DNA of 4,291 nucleotides from a virus (Duplodnaviria; Heunggongvirae; Uroviricota; Caudoviricetes): IMG/VR virus record IMGVR_UViG_2541047502_000012; one strand, 5' to 3'. Shown piece by piece: positions 1 to 4,291 of this stretch (position 1 is its first letter; each line of letters starts with the position of its first letter). The notes under the pieces were generated by a model. It saw only the letters and a program-made list of their open reading frames with translations, ran no database searches and was not told where the DNA came from. The position numbers and the translations under genes were made by a program.

Positions 1-41
1 TTACCTCTGCCGAAGTTGAGTATTTTTGCTGTATTTGTCAT
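1..41 (-). CDS. O: Replication initiation protein O, first 13 codons only (gene continues past window start)
   Basis: Reverse complement of 1-41 reads ATG ACA AAT ACA GCA AAA ATA CTC AAC TTC GGC AGA GGT = MTNTAKILNFGRG, which matches the N-terminus of phage lambda O as I recall it. AGGAG Shine-Dalgarno lies 6 nt upstream (minus strand, about 48-52). Position directly downstream of cII is as in lambda. Confidence 0.6.
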   Translation of the reverse strand, partial: MTNTAKILNFGRG

Positions 42-44
42 AAT
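16..44 (+). promoter_or_regulatory. pO-like promoter for the OOP antisense RNA
   Basis: -35 TTGAGT (16-21), 17-nt spacer, -10 CATAAT (39-44); predicted start about 7 nt downstream at 52. Confidence 0.45.
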
Positions 45-51
45 GACTCCT

Positions 52-127
52 GTGGATTGATCCAGTAATTCCCTCAGAATTGCATATCAATTTGCTTAGA
101 GTCCCCGGCGGCCACCGGGGATTTTTT
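52..127 (+). ncRNA. oop: OOP-like antisense RNA overlapping the 3' end of cII
   Basis: About 76 nt from the predicted start at 52 to an intrinsic terminator (stem CCCCGG 103-108 / CCGGGG 115-120, then ATTTTTTCTTT 121-131). It is antisense to the last ~54 nt of cII. The segment GAUCCAGUAAU..CCUCAGAA resembles lambda OOP RNA as recalled; length and geometry match lambda oop. Confidence 0.65.
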
Positions 128-370
128 CTTTGTGATTTCATCAAGCGCATACTTAAAAGCCCTGCTAATCGGACTGATGTCTGATGCCATTCCGAAAGCA
201 CACAAGACCGAAGCAATAAATCTCCAGTCCGTTCTGCTTATCTTCGATTCATGACAGCCAATCATCTTTGCCAGACCGCGCTGGGTAAGCGTTGACAGGT
301 TGATGAGTAAATCTGTTTCTGCGCGATCAACGTCACGCTGTGATAGTTTGCTGTAACTTGTTTGTTCCAT
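74..370 (-). CDS. cII: CII-like transcriptional activator (98 aa)
   Basis: ORF on the minus strand. C-terminus KKKSPVAAGDSKQIDMQF parallels lambda CII KKRPAATERSEQIQMEF, and the central SKISRTDW parallels lambda SQISRWKRDW. Lies between cro/nutR and O as in lambda. Confidence 0.8.
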   Translation of the reverse strand: MEQTSYSKLSQRDVDRAETDLLINLSTLTQRGLAKMIGCHESKISRTDWRFIASVLCAFGMASDISPISRAFKYALDEITKKKSPVAAGDSKQIDMQF

Positions 371-434
371 TTCTTACTATTTCCATAGGTAAATAATCAC
401 TAATACTCATCTTTCGATGAGTGATTAATTAGTT

Positions 435-469
435 ACCGCGTTGTCGGCGGTGCAGATTGATAAAGAGCG
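435..469 (-). promoter_or_regulatory. nutR: nutR N-utilisation site (boxA + boxB)
   Basis: On the minus strand, boxA CGCTCTTTA (plus 461-469), a 9-nt spacer, then boxB hairpin ACCGCCGACAACGCGGU (plus 435-451), which matches the P22 nutR boxB as recalled. Located just downstream of the cro stop. Confidence 0.8.
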
Positions 470-476
470 GTGTTAC

Positions 477-701
477 TTATGCTGCCTGATTCGGTTTTGG
501 AAACAGGTGTGGTAAATCTGGGCGGATTTCGTAAGCCTTGATCTGCCCTCCAGTGGCGTTAACAATGGCGGTAACTTTCTCTGGAGAGACCAACCCGCCT
601 TTCAGCCATTTATGTACTGCTGGCTGCGTTACACCACACTTGTCGGCAAGGCGCTTTTGGCTACCGACAATTTTCAAGGCTCGTTGAATTACTAAATTCA
701 T
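477..701 (-). CDS. cro: Cro-like helix-turn-helix repressor (74 aa from the ATG at 701)
   Basis: HTH segment GSQKRLADKCGVTQPAVHKWLKG resembles P22 Cro (GTQRAVAKALGISDAAVSQWKE). Divergent from cI across the operator. Start chosen at the ATG at 701 because AAGAGG lies 7 nt upstream and the predicted PR start (about 727) is downstream of the ATG at 722 given in the ORF track. Confidence 0.8.
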   Translation of the reverse strand: MNLVIQRALKIVGSQKRLADKCGVTQPAVHKWLKGGLVSPEKVTAIVNATGGQIKAYEIRPDLPHLFPKPNQAA

Positions 702-734
702 GAGCATACCTCTTGTGGACATTACTTATAACCA

Positions 735-805
735 AAGATAACTCAAGTTATAAAAAATAGCAATAACCTTTGTTATTTTACTTTGGATAACCGTAGTTAT
801 AGATT
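735..805. promoter_or_regulatory. OR tripartite operator with divergent PR (toward cro) and PRM (toward cI)
   Basis: Three 14-bp palindromes ATAAC-N4-GTTAT: 738-751 ATAACTCAAGTTAT, 763-776 ATAACCTTTGTTAT, 787-800 ATAACCGTAGTTAT, with centre spacings of 25 and 24 bp. PR on the minus strand: -35 TTGCTA (plus 758-763), 17-nt spacer, -10 TATCTT (plus 735-740). PRM on the plus strand: -10 TAGATT (800-805), identical to the lambda PRM -10 as recalled, placing the start at or near the cI ATG (813), i.e. a leaderless cI mRNA as in lambda. Confidence 0.75.
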
Positions 806-812
806 TGTGGGT

Positions 813-1520
813 ATGAAAACATTCGCAGAAAGACTAAATGCAGCCATGAGCTCAGCAGGGGTGTCACAATCACAGCTTGCTGACATGGTTGGAATATCTC
901 AGCCAGCCATACAGAAGATGTCATCCGGTAAAACAAACGGATCTCGCAAGATGGTTGAATTAGCCAATGCTTTAAAAGTACGCCCTGAATGGCTTAGCTC
1001 AGGTATTGGTGAAATGAGGGATGGTGCACATGAAGAGCCATCGAATGTGCGTGAGTCATCTTTAAAAGCGGTGGTATGGGAAGACATAAAAAGAAACGAT
1101 GACGAGTTTGTCGCATTGCCTCTTCTTAATGTTTCTCTTTCCGCCGGGAGTGGTAGCTGTGAGTTAGAGGAATCATCTGAGTTCTCTTTGGTTTTCAGAA
1201 AGTACTATCTGAAAAAGATGGGGGTATCTGAAAGCTCTGCCAAGCTGGTTAGGGTGATAGGCCAAAGCATGGAGCCAACCCTTCACGATGGTGATGTTGT
1301 TGGAGTCAACACGCAAGACACCACCATCAGAGATGGTAAAACCTACGCTATTTGTCAATCTGATTTACTAAGAGTAAAGACATTAATAGCCACACCTACA
1401 TCCGTGATAATCAGATCAATAAATCGCGAAGAGTACCCTGATGAAGTAATGGATAGAGATGAGTTTCATGAAACAGTAAGGATTATTGGCAGAGTATTCT
1501 GGTCATCACATAGCTGGTAA
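813..1520 (+). CDS. cI: cI-like prophage repressor, LexA/S24 peptidase family (235 aa)
   Basis: N-terminal HTH (SQSQLADMVGISQPAIQKM). Candidate Ala-Gly autocleavage site in LSAGSGS. C-terminal S24 motifs: catalytic Ser in GQSMEPTLHDGDVV and Lys in LLRVKTL. Start taken at ATG 813 rather than the TTG at 783 in the ORF track because the third operator (787-800) and the PRM -10 lie upstream of 813. Confidence 0.85.
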   Translation: MKTFAERLNAAMSSAGVSQSQLADMVGISQPAIQKMSSGKTNGSRKMVELANALKVRPEWLSSGIGEMRDGAHEEPSNVRESSLKAVVWEDIKRNDDEFVALPLLNVSLSAGSGSCELEESSEFSLVFRKYYLKKMGVSESSAKLVRVIGQSMEPTLHDGDVVGVNTQDTTIRDGKTYAICQSDLLRVKTLIATPTSVIIRSINREEYPDEVMDRDEFHETVRIIGRVFWSSHSW

Positions 1521-1557
1521 CCAGTGGCCTGAAGAAACGTTTGGGTGAGGAGGATAG

Positions 1558-1818
1558 ATGGCGTTCACTGACCTTGAATATCAAGCGGTCAAAAAAGAAG
1601 TTCACCAATTCATTGAAAGCATAAGGCCGCCTGAACATATCCGCAATGAACTGGATATTGTTTATAGCATCAATGACCAAACGATAGATATCGGCGAACA
1701 GCGCCCCGTGTGGCAGGGCAACCCAGGTGAAACAAACATCCTGCCATCAGCAAGAATCAAGTACATACGTTCTCTGGATAGATGGAAAATCTATTGGATG
1801 CGGAAGGATATGAAATAG
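1558..1818 (+). CDS. Hypothetical protein (86 aa), probably co-transcribed with cI
   Basis: ATG at 1558 preceded by a strong Shine-Dalgarno GAGGAGG, 37 nt after the cI stop, same strand. No family recognised by eye. Confidence 0.65.
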   Translation: MAFTDLEYQAVKKEVHQFIESIRPPEHIRNELDIVYSINDQTIDIGEQRPVWQGNPGETNILPSARIKYIRSLDRWKIYWMRKDMK

Positions 1819-2061
1819 CATCAGTACAGTACTGAACTTTCGCTGACTGATGCGCTTGAGCTTGTGCGTGCTGACCCGGATTGCTGCTTCTTCGGATGAG
1901 TGAAGAGACATTTGGGTGATGGATGGTCGCAGAAGTGCGGCTTTTAATGTAATCGAAGAAAAGTAATCCTTGTAAAACTTGATTTGACTGTATTGTCACA
2001 AAGAAAGGAATCAACGATCGTTTCTTGGGTCTTGATTTGTTTTGACGATCAAATTAGTATT

Positions 2062-2088
2062 GCCTCATCAACTGTATGAGGCTTTTTT
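2062..2088 (+). terminator. Terminator-like hairpin plus U6 abutting the start codon of the 177-aa ORF
   Basis: Stem GCCTCAT (2062-2068) / ATGAGGC (2076-2082), loop CAACTGT, then TTTTTT (2083-2088), followed immediately by ATG at 2089. The only Shine-Dalgarno-like GAGG (2078-2081) is inside the 3' arm of the stem. Confidence 0.5.
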
Positions 2089-2622
2089 ATGCAAACCAAA
2101 AGCTACACCATCAAAGCATTTCAGGACTTCTTACAGATGCTTCCTGAGCTTGGTATCGTCAATGATGCTACAGCCCGCAATCTCCGTGACTCTTCCCTGC
2201 GCCTTCTTACTGTTCTTGGGTCGGATTTCACCGATGCCGATATCCGTGATTATAGCGTTGCCAACTTAGCAAGTTCGTACGCAGACTCAGCAGAAAGCAA
2301 ACCCTCTGAATCATCTTTGCAGGCATACAAAAGCCGGATGCAAAGTGCTATTGATAAATTTATCTCCTACCAGAATGGTGAGATTAATGTGTCAGTTGGT
2401 GATGTAAATAAAAAAAAGGAGCGTAAAAAGATGGCACCTAAGAAGAAGGCGGTAGCTGACGTACAGGTTGGTGTAAAAACATTTGAACTGCCGATTCCAT
2501 TGCGCGGAGATCTTATCGTCACCATTGGCAACCTGCCTCGCGACCTGACAAAAGATGAAGCCAAGCGTATCAGTCTGATTGTGGAATCTTTTGCGATGAT
2601 TGATGGCGGAACAAAAGAATAA
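2089..2622 (+). CDS. Hypothetical protein (177 aa): acidic N-terminal region, Lys-rich linker, short C-terminal domain
   Basis: Long ORF with plausible codon usage. Central KKKERKKMAPKKKA stretch. Followed directly by a strong intrinsic terminator. No family recognised by eye. The start is uncertain (ATG 2089 or the in-frame ATG at 2137). Confidence 0.6.
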   Translation: MQTKSYTIKAFQDFLQMLPELGIVNDATARNLRDSSLRLLTVLGSDFTDADIRDYSVANLASSYADSAESKPSESSLQAYKSRMQSAIDKFISYQNGEINVSVGDVNKKKERKKMAPKKKAVADVQVGVKTFELPIPLRGDLIVTIGNLPRDLTKDEAKRISLIVESFAMIDGGTKE

Positions 2623-2646
2623 AGCCCCGAGGGAACGGGGCTTTTT
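2623..2646 (+). terminator. Rho-independent terminator, possibly bidirectional
   Basis: Stem AGCCCCG (2623-2629) / CGGGGCT (2636-2642), loop AGGGAA, T-run 2642-2646, starting right after the TAA at 2620-2622. The reverse strand also has a U-rich tract after the stem. Confidence 0.8.
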
Positions 2647-2795
2647 GGGTCGGAAATATATCCAGTATTTCCGAAGTGTATGGAGGATTACCTACCGCTA
2701 CACCCTTGGCAACCGCAAGCCAAGGATAGCGGTTCTCCCAACAAACTACAACCTGTTCGGGTAAACAGGCTGTATACAAAAACAGGAGAAAAGCT

Positions 2796-2930
2796 ATGGC
2801 TCACGATGTTAATCGCGATGACTTCATCTACGAACACGACAAGCCGGTTTATGTGCGCAGTTACTGCCGCATACGTTTCGGTGAGCTCGAACATGTTCGT
2901 CAGCACTTCCGCTCTTATCCGAGCTGCTGA
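2796..2930 (+). CDS. Small hypothetical protein (44 aa): MAHDVNRDDFIYEHDKPVYVRSYCRIRFGELEHVRQHFRSYPSC
   Basis: ATG at 2796 with AGGAG (2784-2788) 7 nt upstream. Codon usage is enterobacterial-like. A terminator follows 18 nt after the TGA stop. Absent from the ORF track, presumably because it is below the length cutoff. Confidence 0.4.
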   Translation: MAHDVNRDDFIYEHDKPVYVRSYCRIRFGELEHVRQHFRSYPSC

Positions 2931-2947
2931 AAATAACTAAATCTCAA

Positions 2948-2975
2948 ACCCGGCCACCGAGCCGGGTTTTCTTTG
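2948..2975 (+). terminator. Rho-independent terminator downstream of the 44-aa ORF
   Basis: Stem ACCCGGC (2948-2954) / GCCGGGT (2961-2967), loop CACCGA, then TTTTCTTTG. Confidence 0.75.
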
Positions 2976-3092
2976 CCTTACGATCCCCCCACCTAAAAAA
3001 CATAACCAATTGTATTTATTGATGTAACTCGCTAAACCATGCAGTTATGATCCCTGCCCCATCACCTTCATCCTCAACATTTACAAAAATAA

Positions 3093-3178
3093 AATACCTT
3101 TGTTATCCATTATTTATAACTTATTTACCATGAATTATAAATTAAGTTATTGACCACACCTATAACCTGGGTTATCTT
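3093..3178 (+). promoter_or_regulatory. OL operator cluster with PL promoter
   Basis: Same ATAAC-N4-GTTAT palindromes as OR: 3162-3175 ATAACCTGGGTTAT and 3137-3150 ATAAATTAAGTTAT (25-bp spacing), plus a distal near-copy of the central OR site at 3093-3106 AATACCTTTGTTAT. PL: -35 TTGACC (3150-3155), 17-nt spacer, -10 TATCTT (3173-3178). This is the same -10 hexamer and the same operator/promoter register as PR. Confidence 0.75.
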
Positions 3179-3223
3179 TAAGCCATCAGCAGGACGCTGG
3201 TAGCCAAACGGAACAGATTGGCA

Positions 3224-3258
3224 GGCTCTTTAACTTCGATGTGGCGCTGACAAAGCGC
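3224..3258 (+). promoter_or_regulatory. nutL: nutL N-utilisation site (boxA + boxB)
   Basis: boxA-like GGCTCTTTAAC (3224-3234; compare rrn boxA TGCTCTTTAACAA) followed by boxB hairpin GCGCTGACAAAGCGC (3244-3258), which matches the P22 nutL boxB as recalled. Lies between PL and N. Confidence 0.85.
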
Positions 3259-3377
3259 AAACAGATACCAAACGAGATGGGTTTGGCGGTGATGTGAATT
3301 GCAGCAGCAACGACAGCAACCAGAAGATCAGCATCTGGCGCATCACCACCAAAGCCATTTCACATGAGGAAAATATC

Positions 3378-3719
3378 ATGACGGTAATCGTGTACGGGAA
3401 ATCAACATTCGCAGGAAATGCCAAAACTCGCCGTCATGAGCGGCGCAGAAAGCTGGCTATCGAGCGTGATTCCATCTGCAACATCATCGATTCGATCTTC
3501 GGCACAGACAGTGAGGAAGCTGTTCAGGAAGCCCCGAGAAAGCGTTTAAGCCTTTCTGAAAAAGCAATATCACTCGGAAGCCTTCGCTGCAAGAAGTCAA
3601 AGTCAGAAGAGGTCGAGCGTAAACAGAACCGTATTTACTACCGCAAGCCACGCAGTGAAATGGGTGTGACTTGTGTTGGTCGCCAGAAAATGAAATTAGG
3701 CAGCAAACCACTTATTTGA
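3378..3719 (+). CDS. N: N-type transcription antiterminator (113 aa) with P22-like arginine-rich motif
   Basis: N-terminus MTVIVYGKSTFAGNAKTRRHERRRKLAIER contains the arginine-rich boxB-binding motif GNAKTRRHERRRKLAIER known from P22 N (gp24). GAGGA Shine-Dalgarno 7 nt upstream of ATG 3378. First gene after PL/nutL. The ORF-track start at 3294 is an upstream extension with no ribosome-binding site. Confidence 0.85.
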   Translation: MTVIVYGKSTFAGNAKTRRHERRRKLAIERDSICNIIDSIFGTDSEEAVQEAPRKRLSLSEKAISLGSLRCKKSKSEEVERKQNRIYYRKPRSEMGVTCVGRQKMKLGSKPLI

Positions 3720-3730
3720 GAGGAATTAAT

Positions 3731-4048
3731 ATGTCATCAATCCGCTTAACTACGAGAATGAAAGAGGAAATCGCTCGTAACGCTTTAATTAAGTCCGGGG
3801 TGTTCACTGAACTTGAAGAAGTAACAAAGTTAAAGAACCAGCTTGCACTTGACGCCAGAGTTATTGCGTTTGGCGGTAAAAAGAAAACTGAGGAAGTGGA
3901 TCAGTTATCATCCAAGTTGGTAGCTATAAGTGAAGAACTTGGAAAGATGGGATGTTCATTTTACTCATACGATGTTAGTTCTACTTCAATTTATCTGACT
4001 GAACCGCCCCGGAAATCCTGGAGACTAAACTCCCTGAGAAAGAGGTAA
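3731..4048 (+). CDS. Hypothetical protein downstream of N, 3' end truncated and replaced by IS-derived sequence
   Basis: ATG at 3731 with GAGAGGAA Shine-Dalgarno upstream. Native coding sequence runs to about codon 90 (about 3999); the last ~15 codons ([16 protein letters not shown]) are read from the IS left end, which begins TGAACCGCCCC at 4000. The ORF-track start at 3671 overlaps N and is rejected. Confidence 0.55.
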   Translation: MSSIRLTTRMKEEIARNALIKSGVFTELEEVTKLKNQLALDARVIAFGGKKKTEEVDQLSSKLVAISEELGKMGCSFYSYDVSSTSIYLTEPPRKSWRLNSLRKR

Positions 4049-4291
4049 ACAGGATGACTAAAAATACTCGTTTTTCCCCCGAAGTCCGTCAGCGGGCGAT
4101 TCGTATGGTTCTGGAAAGTCAGGATGAATATGACTCACAGTGGGCGGCAATTTGTTCCATTGCCCCAAAGATTGGCTGTACGCCGGAGACTCTGCGTGTC
4201 TGGGTTCGCCAGCATGAGCGGGATACCGGGGGCGGTGATGGTGGGCTCACCAGCGCTGAACGTCAGCGTCTGAAAGAGCTGGAACGTGAAA
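4000..4291 (+). mobile_element. IS3-family insertion sequence (IS629/IS1203-like), left end; element continues past window end
   Basis: Terminal sequence TGAACCGCCCCGG... at 4000 is typical of IS3-family ends, followed 54 nt later by the OrfA start. The OrfA N-terminus matches IS629-type OrfA as recalled. Confidence 0.8.
4054..4291 (+). CDS. IS3-family transposase OrfA (IS629-like), 5' portion, 3' end outside window
   Basis: Translation from ATG 4054: [79 protein letters not shown]. This has the HTH and leucine-zipper-type N-terminal region of IS3-family OrfA. Shine-Dalgarno AGAGG upstream. Confidence 0.85.
   Translation, partial: MTKNTRFSPEVRQRAIRMVLESQDEYDSQWAAICSIAPKIGCTPETLRVWVRQHERDTGGGDGGLTSAERQRLKELERE

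Noticed and set aside
1-216. 71-aa ORF on the minus strand
   Set aside because: It overlaps the cII 3' end in another frame and spans the O start and the oop locus. The region is better explained by O, oop and cII.
702-722. Upstream start (ATG 722) for cro
   Set aside because: The predicted PR transcription start (about 727) leaves only a few nucleotides before this ATG, whereas the ATG at 701 has AAGAGG 7 nt upstream. It is not fully excluded, since leaderless translation is possible.
783-812. N-terminal extension of cI from the TTG at 783 (ORF-track start)
   Set aside because: The third operator (787-800) and the PRM -10 TAGATT (800-805) lie inside this extension. ATG 813 gives a lambda-like leaderless cI start.
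899-1358. Minus-strand ORFs of 62 and 61 aa inside cI (899-1087, 1173-1358)
   Set aside because: They are antisense to a well-supported repressor gene and have no ribosome-binding site or recognisable motifs.
1483-1680. 65-aa minus-strand ORF spanning the cI / 86-aa ORF junction
   Set aside because: It is antisense to two plus-strand genes and their Shine-Dalgarno, so it is likely spurious.
1757-2014. 85-aa minus-strand ORF in the non-coding region after the 86-aa ORF
   Set aside because: It overlaps the end of the 86-aa ORF, has no convincing ribosome-binding site, and its translation is low-complexity. I treat the region as non-coding, though this is not proven.
1819-2061. Type III toxin-antitoxin antitoxin RNA (tandem repeats upstream of a terminator and a ~170-aa toxin)
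   Set aside because: I looked for tandem direct repeats of about 30-40 nt upstream of the hairpin and found only short scattered matches (CTTGATTTG twice, GCTGAC twice). The protein also does not resemble ToxN or AbiQ as I recall them.
2042-2269. 75-aa plus-strand ORF in an alternative frame at the start of the 177-aa ORF
   Set aside because: It is out of frame with the much longer 2089-2622 ORF, and its start lies inside the promoter/hairpin region.
2367-2906. Minus-strand ORFs 2367-2564, 2570-2779 and 2688-2906
   Set aside because: They are antisense to the plus-strand ORFs or the structured leader and lack start signals.
2680-2940. 86-aa plus-strand ORF overlapping the 44-aa ORF in another frame
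   Set aside because: It has a weak ribosome-binding site, reads through the strong hairpins, and its product is Ser/Thr-rich low-complexity. The 44-aa frame has a canonical AGGAG and better codon usage. This is uncertain without comparative data.
3230-3711. Minus-strand ORFs 3230-3424 and 3484-3711, and the N extension from 3294
   Set aside because: They are antisense to or overlap nutL and N. The N start at 3378 is supported by its Shine-Dalgarno and by the N-terminal arginine-rich motif.
3671-3730. Upstream start at 3671 for the gene after N
   Set aside because: It overlaps the 3' end of N, and the ATG at 3731 has a clear GAGAGGAA Shine-Dalgarno.
1-4291. CRISPR arrays, tRNA or rRNA genes
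   Set aside because: There are no regularly spaced direct repeats and no tRNA-like cloverleaf candidates. The structured RNAs present are explained as oop, nut sites and terminators.

Overview
This window is the immunity and early-regulatory region of a mosaic lambdoid prophage (enterobacterial type), interrupted at its right end by an IS3-family insertion sequence. Left to right: the first 13 codons of a lambda-type O gene (-), an OOP-like antisense RNA (+), cII (-), nutR (-), cro (-), a three-site OR operator with PR/PRM, a LexA-like cI repressor (+), three uncharacterised cargo ORFs of 86, 177 and 44 aa (+) separated by hairpins and terminators, OL/PL, a P22-type nutL, an N antiterminator with the P22-type arginine-rich motif (+), a hypothetical gene whose 3' end is replaced by the IS, and the IS left end with the start of transposase OrfA. 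The most interesting part is the lysogen-expressed cargo between cI and OL (1558-2975), which sits where lambda carries rexAB and P22 carries sieB and which I cannot assign to any family by eye. All protein and RNA identifications are from reading the sequence and recall of known phage sequences; no database search was run.
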